A DNA stretch of 64,000 bases from Centroscyllium fabricii (Eukaryota), in the NCBI GenBank assembly GCA_051313645.2, contig JBNRSN020000025.1, positions 41,292,001-41,356,000 of the forward strand, in the 5' to 3' direction. The notes under the pieces are model-generated. The model ran no database searches and had not been told where the DNA came from. It saw nothing but the letters and a program-made list of their open reading frames with translations. The position numbers and the translations under genes were made by a program. The stretch's first letter is position 1. Each line of letters begins with the position of its first letter. This document shows positions 36,388 through 48,800 of this stretch, piece by piece.

Positions 36388-36545
36388 CTCTCTTTCCCCA
36401 CGGGCTGTTGCCGGGTCGCGGCTCGCTTTCCCCGCCCTCTCTCGGGCCTGCTATCGAGGTTTGTCGCGCTCGCCGCGCCGCTGCTTCGGGCTAGCTGGGC
36501 CCTGCCGCCGCCGTCGCCGCCATCTTTTCACTCTCAGATCGATTG
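36388..36545 (-). other. ZBTB17: Probable ZBTB17 non-coding first exon
   Basis: Inside the CpG island; YY1-type AAGATGGCGG motif near the start; strong donor GAG|GTGAGG at 36387. The 5' boundary is approximate. Confidence 0.55.
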
Positions 36546-36785
36546 CTATAGCCGGGGCTTCCCGCAGCCGCCAGCGCGCATGCGCTTGAACCGGGACGCT
36601 CGCACGACTCTTGCACGGGGGGGGCGGGAGTGCGCGTGCGCGAACCCGCGGGTCCCGGGCATGCTGGTGCCGTGTCGGGCGCCTGCGCGTCTCTGGCCGA
36701 CCGTGTCTTGCGCCTGCGCAGCGAGGATCTCGCGCGTGCGCCGTGCGGCCCGGTGGGGGGGGGGCGAGTGAGCCGAGAAGCTAAA

Positions 36786-36836
36786 ATGGAAGATGAGGAA
36801 ATCGCGGATAATTGGGAGGAAGCGGCCGATAGTGGG
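36786..36836 (+). CDS. SZRD1: SZRD1 coding exon 1
   Basis: Kozak-like AAAATGG; [17 protein letters not shown]; donor GTAAGG; 51 nt. Confidence 0.93.
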
Positions 36837-39800
36837 GTAAGGAGCGGAGGATGAAGCCACGGGGAGGCTGGGGCTTCTTTTAAAAAACAGGCCTCGCGGT
36901 TTGTTGACGCGGTTAAGTAGTTTTCGTAAAAGCCCGCGAGTTGAGCAGGGGGCAGAGTGTGCAACAGTTAAAGCGTTCCCGTGAGTGTCGGCCACAAGTG
37001 TGGGGGCAGGTAGCAGAGGGAAGCGGCAGCGAGTGAGAGGGGGGCAAGGCCCGGGCCCAGGCACAGGCCCGCAATCACTTGCAGCCGCCGCACTCCAGCA
37101 GGGAGTCCGCAACTTGGCAGCCGGGAGGGAGACTAAACACCGTAACATGACCAGAAAAGGTATTGGAAGCGAGTGCTGCGGATTCCAGAGCGATGGAGGT
37201 AATGTATCCGCTGCAGCGGGAGGCGCGGACTTTGCTGCCAACTCCCAGAAGTGGGCAGGCTGATCTCCCACCTCACTCTATCTTGGGGAAAGGTGAGGGG
37301 GGAGGGGAGAATGGCCATGACTTTTCCAAATTACCATAGTTGTGGAACAGCGAGCTGCGCATCTCAGAACGAATTAGTGCCGAGTTGAGCTGTTGGATGG
37401 CAGTGTTGGATGGCAGTGGAGTTTGGGGGTATTTTTAAATCCGGTTCCAGTGGGGGGAAAACCTGGTGGGATTCACTTGACAAGTGAAGTTCACACTCTC
37501 AGTTGTCTGAATTCCAAACCAAGTAACCGAAGAAGTTGTTCTACCTCTTCCTCTCAATGTTATTTAATGATAGTGGGCGGTACAGTGGTTAGCACTGTTG
37601 CCTTACAGCACTGGAGACCCGGGTTCAAATCCAGCCTCGGGTACTATCTGTGTGGAGTTTGCACATTCTCCCCGTGTCTGCGTGGGTTTCCTGCGGGTGC
37701 TCCGGTTTCCTCCCACAGTCCAAAGAATGTGCGGGTTAGGTTGATTGGCCATGATAAATTGACCCTTAGTGTTAGGGGGATTGAATATGTGGGGTTACGG
37801 GGATAGGGTGGGATATGTGTCGGTACAGGCTCGATAGGGATCGAGGGATATGGGGAGAGGGCAGGGACAGGGTACTGGGTTTGGATGATCAGCCATGATC
37901 TCATTGAATGGCGGAGCAGTCTCGAAGGGCCGAATGGCCTACTCCTGCTCCTATCTTCTGTGTTTCTATGTTCTGTTTCTATAATACAAGTTTATAGAAC
38001 TTTATTTTTCAAATAGAGCAAGGGTTTCGTTTCTGAAATGGGAAGAGTGTACAAAATGGCTCTTCAGCAAACACCTTTGAAAACAATGTAAACAGTCCAT
38101 TTTTAAAAATTCCCCCAAAACTTGATTATTGTTGAGACAGCGTACTTTCAGAGTTCCGCCCAGCAGCATACAGAAGGGGTAGGAAAAGGCTAGACATTCT
38201 AGATAGGTTGTGCAATAAAGCTGTAATGTATTTGTAAAGGTAGTTTAGAAATGGAACTCTCACATTGATGCACATGTAATTATGTATTTTGGCATCATTT
38301 GCACCATTGTAAATAAAGCAATGGTTGCATGAAGTTTGTGATCCAATGCAGTTGAGTTTTCAACAGCTCAGAGCAGGAGGGGGCTAAGTGACAATCATTA
38401 AAATATTGATCAAAACTCATGCATTTAAAAACAAGCCATTAAAGAACTGTATTAAAACATGAAATTATCCTTCATCTTCCAAAAGAAGAGTTTTCTTGCT
38501 GGTGGAAAGATAACTGAGAAATTCAGCAGCCTCTTCCGAGAGATAGAGTTGATTTGTGACCACTCTGACTTGCTGTCAAACAAGAAAGTTATAGATTTTT
38601 ATGACTTGTATTTGAGGTGGCTACATGGACAATTTAAGGTCATGAGAGAATTTGGAGTATTCAGTGTGATGGTCTCCATTACTTGAGAATTTTGAACTTG
38701 TTCTCGGAGCCTTAATTGGTGCTGCAGCCTCTAGGACAGATAAAATTGTTTTCTTGTACAGGGCCCTCCTTTGAGACCCTTCCTCTTCAGCCTGTGTCAG
38801 TATTCAGGTCCAAGGGATATTATGGAAAGGATATTATGGAAGGCCCATTTAATGCTATGGGCGGCCAACGCTCTATCTAAATTGAGAAGCCCAGGTGAAG
38901 GATAAAGACCCATAGTGCAGGGCACCGTCAAGGCGGTGTGCCGTTTTGGCTGCCTTATCTGAGGAAGGATGTTCTTGCCATGGAAGGAGTTCAGCGAAGA
39001 TTCACCAGGCTGATACCTGGGATGGCAGGAATGACGTATGAGGAGAGATTGGGTCGATTGGGCTTATACTCGCTGGAGTTTAGAAGAATGAGAGGGGATC
39101 TCATCGAAACGAATAAAATTCTGACCGGTCTGGACAAACTAGATGCAGGAAGGATGTTCCTGATTGTCGGAGAGTCCAGAACCAGAGGTCACAGTCTAAG
39201 GATAAGGGGTAGGTCATTTAGGACAGAGATGAGGAATTTCTTCACCCAGAGAGTGGTGAATCTGTGGAATTCTCTACCACAGAATGTAGTTGAGGCCAAG
39301 TCATTAAATATATTCAAGAAGGAGTTAGATACATTTCTTAGAGCTGAAGGTATCAAGGGATATGGGGAGAAGGCAGGTATGGGGTACTGAGTTTGGATGA
39401 TCAGCCATGATCTCATTGAATGGCGGAGCAGGCTCGAGGGACCGAATGGCCTACTCCTGCTCCTATCTTCTATGTTTCTATGAAACGGTCAGAAGGGAAA
39501 GACGGAAATGAGGAGTTCCAAGGTTCAGAATCTCTGGAAGAGAATGTGTGCGCCAGAGTGTGTTATAATGTGCAATGTCACATTGATTATTCACACCCCT
39601 GGTTATTCCATGAGAATTTTTACAGATAAAGAGAGATCAGTGCGATTTGCCAAAATGATCAACTAGGGTGTGACAGCTGATCTCTCCGCTCTCCCAACAG
39701 CAATCATGGTGCCCTAGTTACAGAGCTCAGTGCTAACTGTAGTATGTGCTCACCTTCAATGATCTTGCCAGCAACCTCCACAATTTTGATCTCCACAGAG

Positions 39801-42800
39801 GCTGCCAGCTTTAAAATCAATAGAGAAGCAGGCTTGATTAAATGTACTCCTGAGATTGCTTCATATGGGTTTTAAAGTTGGCAGCTCCCCTGAGGTTGGT
39901 GCTGTCGAGGCTGCCAACATGAGTGGGGGCATAATCTTAAAATAAGGGGCTGCCATTTCAAAACTGAGATGAGGGGGAACTTCTTTACTCAGAGGGTGGT
40001 GCGGCTGTGGAATTTGCTGCCCCAGAGAGCTGTAGAAGCTACTACGTTGAATAAATTTAAAACTGAGATAGACAGTTTCCTGGAATTAAAGGGAATTAGG
40101 GGGTTATGGTGAACGGGCTGGTAAGTGGACATGAGGCTAGGTTCAGATCGGCCATGTGATCTCCTGGACCAGTTTTCGATCGCCTAGATGGGTCGGAGAG
40201 GAATTTTCCTGATTTTTTTTTCTCCCAAATTGGCTACTGTTTTTTAAAATCTGGTTTTTCACCTCTCCCAGATGATCACATTGGTCTGGGCGGGGTGGAG
40301 AGTAAAAATAAAATTGAGGTTAGGATCAGATTGGCCTACTCCTGCTCCTATTTCTTATGTTCTTATGAGTGCGTACTGCCTCTAGAATTATCCCTGTAGC
40401 TGGGGAGGAGAACCATTGTTGGCATCAGGGGAATGGTTTGGATTGAGTGTCTGGCACTTGGCGTTGTTGCCAAGTGAATTAGGGGGTGGAGCTGGGTGAC
40501 TAGATGTTACTGCAGAGAATCTTGCTAGGCAGATGCAACCGAGCTGAGTTCTGTTGGAGTCGACCAAGGCGTGTGGATAGGCAAGGCAGTGCAAGAGCAA
40601 TGCATAGTCATTTGGAAATTCTTGATTGTCCACCAGGGATGACCTGTTCATTATAGCAGATAATTGAAGTTCCACTGCAGACATAACAGGCTCAATATAA
40701 ACAGAACATGGCACCAGGGTTTCTCACTAGGCGATCCAGCAAGCTCAAAGTAGCAATGATATGTTTCTCCTCTTCTATACAAAATATTCTATACAAAATA
40801 TCCAGTTATATTCTTATTACTTGTATCCATGTAACCATAGAATCCCTACAGTGCAGATAGAGGCCATTTCGGCCCATCGAGCCTGCACCGACACATATCC
40901 CACCCTATCCCCGTAACACTAAGGGTCAATTTATCATGGCCAATCAACCTAACCCGCACATCTTTGGACTGTGGGAGGAAACCGGAGCACCCGGAGGAAA
41001 CCCACGCAGACACGGGGAGAATGTGCAAACTCCACACAGATTGTACCCGAGGCTGGATTTGAACCCGGGTCTCCAGAGCTGTGAGGCAACAGTGCTAACC
41101 ACTATGCCACCGTATCTGGAATATTCAGAACTCCGTCTGACCTGGACACTGGGAAGTTGATTAAACAGTTTGATTTTTCAGTTGCGTTGGTGAAACCTGG
41201 AAAGTGCGGTGTCTGGAGGTGATGATGGCTGGTTATAAAATGAAACAAAAGCAATGAATACTGGAAATACTCTGGACCAATAAGCAACTGTGGAGAGAAG
41301 TAACAATGTAATGTTTCAGATAACATCTGAAGCATTAAATTATCATTATTTCAAGAGATGCTGATTGACCTGCTCAGTGATTCCAGTATTTTCTGTTTTT
41401 GTTTGCGTTCCAGTAACTAAAGTATTTTTACTTTTTCATTATAAAATGTTCCTGATTTTCCTACAAGGGTTGAAAGTTCAGGGGATCGCTGACCATAATA
41501 GTGTCCATTACAATAGGACAGAGATGTTGCACTGGAAAGAGAGAAAAATGTTAATAGCTAGAGATAAAAGATAGGTCACCTATCCAACCACAAACCTTTT
41601 CTTGTATCCTGTCCAGGCATGTGTGAGAATTGTTGAGGGAGCAATATTCTATTCTTGGATAAAATGGGCTTTATAGAATTGAAAGACTTGCAACACCTCA
41701 CTTTATCTCACCTTTCAGACATCCCAAAGTGCTTTACACACAATTAACTATTTTCTCAAGTGCAGTGACTGTTATGTAGACAGATGTGGCAGCTGATTTG
41801 CATGCAGCAAGATCCCACAAATGGCAATTGGATGAATAACCAATTCATCTGTTTTTGGTGGTTGGTGTTGGTTGAGGGAATGATCTTGGCCAGGACACCA
41901 GGAGAACGCCCTGCTCTCCAACTAGTGCCATGGGATCTTTAACAGCCATTGAAACAGTGAGATGGGGCCTGTGTTGAATGTTTCATCTGAAGGACAGCAT
42001 CTCCAACAATGTAGTTTTGGTTTCCATATTTAAGAAAAGATATACTTGCTCTCGAGGCAGTTCAGAGAAGGTTCACTCGGTTGATTCCGGAGATGAGGGG
42101 GTTGACTTATGAGGAAAGGTTCAGTAGGTTGGGCCTCTACTCATTGGAATTCAGAAGAGTGAGAGGCGATCTTATCGAAACATATTAGATTGTGAGGGGG
42201 CTTGATCGGGTGGATGCGGTGAGGATGTTTCCACTGATGGGTGAGACTAGAACTAGGGGGCATAACCTTAGAATAAGGGGCTGCCCTTTCAAAACTGAGA
42301 TGAGGAGAAACTTCTTCACTCAGAGGGTAGTAAATCTATGGAATTTACTACCTCAGAGAGCTGTGGAAGCTGCAACATTGAATAAATTTAAAACGGAGAT
42401 AGACAGTTTCCTAACTGATAAGGGAATAAGGGGTTACGGGGAGCGGGCAGGGAAGTGGACGGGAGTCTAAGTCCGGATCAGCCATGATCCTATTGAATGG
42501 CGGAGCAGGCCTGAGGGGCCGTATGGCCTACTCCTGCTCCTACTTATGTAATGTAGCTTCTACTTCACTGCTGCACTAGTGTGTCAATATTTGATTATGT
42601 GCTCAAGTTCTGGAGTGGGACTTGAACCTACAATCTTCTGAATCTGAGGCGAGTGCTACCAGTTGAGCCAAGATGAGCCAAAAGAGCTGTTGAAAGTAAA
42701 AAAAAGTTTGGCGTGAAGGTTGTCCAAGCTTTTTGGAAGAAGCTTTAGCAGTGGAGGAGATTGTAGAATGTAATCGTACAGAAACTGGCCATTTAGTCCA

Positions 42801-45800
42801 TCAAGTCTGCCCTGGTGTTTTTCTATACGTGGTGGTACTATTTGGGACCTCGGGAGATAATGAGGCCTAGAGTATGAACAAATGAAAATAGATTTGAGCT
42901 GGAGCCATCAAAGGCAAGATGAGAGCTGCTGTTAAAAGTGCAAGAGACCTGCAGAAACTGTCTCTGAAGAATTGAAATAAACAAGGTTTTCCTTGCCCAT
43001 CAAAGGACACTGAGGAAATCGAGATGTAGTGATTCATGCACTGCAGGATGAATGGAGGTTGTGAATACTGAGGGCATGCGATTGGCAAGAAATGGAATGC
43101 AGAGTAGAATCAGCAGAAGAGTGGATAGGGTTGGATGGTGAGTGGGCGAGAGAGTACAGAGCCCTGGGGAAACTGGGTTACTGGAAAGGAGAGGATGAAC
43201 CATCAACCACAGCACATATAGTGAAACCAGTTAGCCATCAATACATTACAAAAATAGTGGTTTGGGGCACTACAAGAAGGCTATCGGTGTTGTGGAACTG
43301 CACCCGAGCAAGGGAAGGAAACTTAATAAAAATTGCAAAAATATGTATTGTAAAAGTCACTGTTGGTGTCTGGGTATTACCAAGTAGGGGGTTCCCTCAT
43401 GAAGTTCAGGACCTGGAGCGTCAGGTCCCTCATGGACAAAGAGGCTGTCGGTCCCACATTAGACTCACCAGTCACCAGAGAACTCATTTTTAATGTGGAA
43501 GCAAGTCATCCGAGGGACTGCCTAAGAGAGAGAGTGAGGAAAAACTGGTTTTGATTAGGACTGGTTTGTCTGTTTTTGATCCAAAAACTCTGAATTCAAT
43601 AACGTTTTAATTTTTTTATATAAATGCTCATCGGTTTCAATATTAAATGATAATGGTAGATGCATTTGAAATGGAAACTGTTCAGTGATACATAGGGGCT
43701 CTTTATTTAGCCTTTGCGTCTCTGGGGGACTGAGGGCCATGCACGTGTGGATATTGAGCAAGGGAGGAGTTGGGCTTACCCCTAGTGGTTGAATAACCGA
43801 CATGGGGCGGCACGGTGGCTCAGTGGTTAGCACTGCTGTCTCACAGCACTGGAGACCCGGGTTCAAATCCAGCCTCGGGTACTATCTGTGTGGAGTTTGC
43901 ACATTCTCCCCGTGTCTGCGTGGGTTTCCTCCGGGTGCTCCGGTTTCCTCCCACAGTCCAAAGATGTGCGAGTTAGGTTGATTGGCCAGGATAAATTGAC
44001 CCTTAGTGTTAGGGGGATTGAATATGTGGGGTTAGGGGGATTGAATATGTGGGGTTACGGGGATAGGGTGGGATATGTGTCGGTGCAGGCTTGATAGGGA
44101 TCGAGGGATATGGGGAGAGGGCAGGGGCGGGGTACTGGGTTTGGATGATCAGCCATGATCTCATTGAATGGCGGAGCAGGCTCGAAGGGCCGAATGGCCT
44201 ACTCCTGCTCCTAGTTTCTATGTTTCTATGTGCAAAATAGCTGCTTTAGTGCGTTACAGATGGGCTGTTGTTTCATTAGTGAATTCTCTTGTAAATGAGT
44301 CATCTGATATTCTAAACTTGAGTGTTACCTTTTTACTGTCTTGCTGAAACTGCTGTGACTTTCACAGTGACATGTTTGACTCTGCCACATCTGGTAACAG
44401 GTAATTTGCGGGAACATTTACACTGTCTGCAGCATGGATGTGAGCCTGTAGTTGGGGTACATGCAGCCTGCGTCCAGCTGCTGAATTCAGGGACCTGACC
44501 AGACACTGAAACTGAGCAAAGTGCGAATTCCTGTAGAAGAGAGTCCCATTCCACTTCCCTTTGGCGTCTGATCACACCTTTATTATTAGTTTACAATCCA
44601 AGTTTAGAATTAGTGCAAAGTGGTGTTGTGGAGTGTGAATGCACCTGCATGCAAATTTCTGTTCGAGACCTGCGGTGTTTTAACAATCCTCGTGGCACAG
44701 CTACTGCAGCACCATCCTTGTGGCCTCCAAGCACCTCTTTCATTTTCTACTTTAAAATGGCCATAAATCAAAAAGCATTTTGCCTTTTGTCAGATCTGCC
44801 ATGCTTCTAAACCCACCTCAGTGGTAGGATGTGCCCGATTTCAATTAACACACAATTTGTGGCACACTAAACTGGCACTTGCCTATTCTGCCGGTTTCTC
44901 TGACTTTATTTGTTGAAATAGAAACTAGGAGCAGGAGTAGGCCATTCGGCCCTTCGAGCCTGCTCTGCCATTCAATGAGATCATGGCTGATCATCCAAAC
45001 CCAGCACCCCGCCCCTGCCCTCTCCCCATATCCCTATCGAGCCTGCATCGACACATATCCCACCCTATCCCCGTAACCCCACATATTCAATCCCCCTAAC
45101 ACTAGGGGTCAATTTATCCTGGCCAATCAACCTAACCCGCACATCTTTGGACTGTGGGAGGAAACCGGAGCACCCGGAGGAAACCCATGCAGACACGGGG
45201 AGAATGTGCAAACTCCACACAGATAGTACCCGAGGCTGGATTTGAACCCGGGTCTCCAATGCTGTGAGGCAACAGTGCTAGCCACTGTGCCACCATGCCG
45301 CCCAAATAGATTTTTCTTTTGATAGTTCTCACACCACCATCATGTTTACCAGGCTGCTTAATGTATTTCAAATCCAGCTAATCTACTTTGTCTGCTCATT
45401 ACTGGGCTTTGTGTTCACCTCTGTCTGTGGCTGGGTGTTCAGCTGAATATTGTTTTACGGAGCACACCTGTGTGTGTACTCATATATACGTGTGCGTGTT
45501 TCCTTTCTTACAGGAAATTGATCGACGGCTGGAAGCGAAACTGAAGATCCAACAGAAGGAAAAGTAAGAACTATTTCTGAAAAATCACTAAAATTGTTAG
45601 TTATTGGCTCCCCCTGATGGCTGGACTGGTAAGTGCCCTACTCTGTAAAACTGAGAGAAGTCCCAGTTTCTGTCCTGAGTCAGCTGCGATTGCTGCGATA
45701 GCTGATCTCAGCTGGAGCAGCATTACATAAGTAAACTCGGGGGTGAGAAATAGCCACTCTGCTTATCCCTCTAGTGGCCTAATTCTCTCATCACAGTAGC

Positions 45801-48800
45801 CAACTCTAATTCAAATTGCCTCAACTAGAGGATTATTCCAGACATCTATCCGTCTTTGAGTAAAGGTGTTCTTCCTAATATGTTTTGATTTTGCTTTTTG
45901 CTAATTTAATTTAATGTCCTTTGGTCATGCTTTCCCTAGCTTTTGCCAAGTGCTGGGTTTGCTTTATCTGTACAGGTTGGGCACCGGTAAACTGGCACCC
46001 GATGGTCCGGCACCTTCGGTGGTCCGGTACGAAATCAGAGGCGGTCTTCAGTTTGCTGAGCAGCCAGCAGTTTGGTTTGCTGGTATTTTAGGTGTTCTAT
46101 CCCCGGGCTCCCTCCCGGGGAGTGTTCCACTCGCGCGCTCCGGCCCCGTGGAGTGCTCTACCGCACGCTCCGGCCCCGTGGAGTGCTCTACCGCGCGCTC
46201 CGGCCCCGTGGAGTGCTGTACCGCGCGCTCCGGCCCCGTGGAGTGCTGTACCGCGCGCTCCGGCCCAGTGGGGTGCTGTGCCGCGCGCTCCGGCCCCATG
46301 GAGTGCTGTACCGCGCGCTCCGGCCCCGTGGGGTGCTGTACCGCGCGCTCAGGCCCCGTGGGGTGCTGTGCCGCGCGCTCAGGCCCCGTGGGGTGCTGTG
46401 CCGCGCGCTCAGGCCCCGTGGGGTGCTGTGCCGCGCGCTCAGGCCCCGTGGGGTGCTGTGCCGCGCGCTCCGGCCCCGTGGGGTGCTGTGCCGCGCGCTC
46501 CGGCCCCGTGGGGTGCTGTGCCGCGCGCTCCGGCCCAGTGGGGTGCTGTGCCGCGCGCTCCGGCCCCGTGGGGTGCTGTGCCGCGCGCTCCGGCCCCGTG
46601 GGGTGCTGTGCCGCGCGCTCCGGCCCCGTGGGGTGCTGTGCCGCGCGCTCCGGCCCCGTGGGGTGCTGTGCCGCGCGCTCCGGCCCAGTGGAGTGCTCTA
46701 CCCGCGAGCTCCGTCCGGCATCTTCAGTGGTCCTTGGACTGTTCTACCCACGCGCTCCGAACCTTCACTGGTTCGGAATTTTCAATGGTCCGGCACCATC
46801 GTGGTCCCGAGGATGCCGGATTACCATGTACTTTCCCTCTTAACTGCCTTCTTTCTGCACTTGAACTAGAGAGGTGAAAAATCAGTCCGGGTTCAAGTGC
46901 CTGATTGCGATCAGTGACCGCTGCTGGGAATACTGCATATGTGCAGTGCGGAGAGGACAGTATCTGGCTTGACTGTGGTGGTCTTCACAGCTAGATATCC
47001 TGCTCATGTTCACTGTCTACACTCGCATTGGAAGGCTGGTGCTGCCAGTGGAACTGTACCCCAAAATGAGTCCGTGTCTGGAAGAGAGAACATTAGGGGA
47101 AGGGAACTACTTTAGCAAGACTATTTTAAAATTTTCCAATGCTGGTTTCCAGGTGGAGCTTTCTGACTCTGGTATCTGCAAACCATACTGGGAATTGAAC
47201 AGCCGCCTTAGAGTTGCTGCTGATTGGGAGGGAAGAGCAAATTGCAGCTGCCACTGACTACATAACATATATGATATGGAGATGCCGGTGTTGGACTGGG
47301 GTGGACAAATGTAAGACGTCTCAACACCAGGTTATAGACCAACAGTTTTATTAGAGATCACAAGCTTTCGGAGCGCAGCTCCTTCGTCGTGAAGTGAAGA
47401 GATGCACATAGGCACAGCATATATAGTCAGAGAACAATGCTAGATGATTACAGGTAATCTTTCCAACTGCCCTTTATCACACCTCGGCAGAGAGATAATC
47501 ACAGCAATCAAAGGTGTGAATGTTGTCCAAACAGGTCAGTCAGCAAAACATTACATCAAAGAACAATGAGGTGGGTTCACAAGGGGTCAAATGTTGCAGA
47601 TGCTGGGGTCTGTATGAAAAACAAACCAAAAACAATAAAAAATGAGATTTTTGCTGGCAATCACAGCAGGTCCGGCTGCATCTGTGTAGAGAGAACAAGC
47701 CAACGACGACTCGAGACTGGATGACTCTGCATCAAGTGGGGTTACATGTAATGTGACATGAACCCAAGATCCCGGTTGAGGTCGTCCTCATGAGTGCGGA
47801 ACTTGGCTATCAGTTTCTGCTCGACGATTTTGCATTGTCGTGTGTCTCGAAGGCCGCCTTGGAGAATGCTTACCCGAAGTGTGCTTTGTTTTTCATACAG
47901 ACCCCAGCATCTACAACATTTGACCCCCTTGTGACCCCACCTCATTGTTCTTTGATGTAATGTTTTCCTAACTGACCTGTTTGGACACCATTCCCACCTT
48001 TGATTGCTGTGATTATCTCTCTGCCAAGGTGTGATAAAGGGCAGTTAGAAAGATTGCCTGTAATCATCTGGCAGTGTTCTCTGACTATATATGCTGTGCC
48101 TATATGCATCTCTTCACTTCACCTGACGAAGGGGCAGTGCTCTGAAAGTTAGTGATTTCAAATAAAGCTGTTGGACTATAACCTGGTGTTGTGTGACTTC
48201 TTACATAACATACGATACAGGTGTCACTACATCCAGAGGTAACAACTTCAGGGCTAATTGTAATGTAGGAATGTAAGCAAGGTTCAAATAGTGCAACTGA
48301 CTACAGTTGAAGCTGGACCAGTTTCACTAACATCAGCCCTACGATTACAGTTTAAAATACTTGTAATTTCTGTTCGCGTGCCGAGTTAGTTTGCCACAGA
48401 TTTTACCAGGGAGACTAACAAGGTGGACATGACATTAGAAGAAAAGATCAAAAAGGCTATCAAGACATTTAAAATAGATAGAAGGGAAATAGTTGATAAA
48501 CTACAGATTGAGCGCCGGTAATCCGGCACCCTCGGGACCAGGCCGGTGCCGGACCATTGAAAATTCCGAACCACTGAAGCTTTACAATTATAGACAAAGT
48601 GTGTATTTACTAGCTGGAGTATAATGAGCCGGTCTTTATCCAACACTAAAAGAAACAAGGATTGTACCTGTGAAGAGCCGAGAAAAACTTTTAATGATAA
48701 TTTCTGCATTGTTGGTGAGATCCCGCAGCTGCCGTTTCCTATGGTTGTCCGCGGGAGGATTTGCGAGCCACTGACGTTTGCACAGGTCCGCAGCAATTGC

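Larger units (their letters stand above)
36200..37260. promoter_or_regulatory. CpG island / bidirectional promoter of ZBTB17 and SZRD1
   Basis: High GC and CpG density. NRF1 palindrome GCGCATGCGC at 36576-36585, NRF1-like GCGCCTGCGC/GCGCGTGCGC repeats at 36630-36740, YY1 motif at 36517-36526, GC box GGGCGG at ~36622. Confidence 0.85.

Noticed and set aside
36546-37271. 241-aa and 157-aa minus-strand ORFs over the CpG island
   Set aside because: Low-complexity GC-rich frames typical of CpG islands, with no recognisable domain.
45914-46877. Cys/Arg-rich ORFs of 261-309 aa (keratin-associated or metallothionein-like appearance)
   Set aside because: All three frames are open only because of a GC-rich 30-bp repeat inside a MITE.
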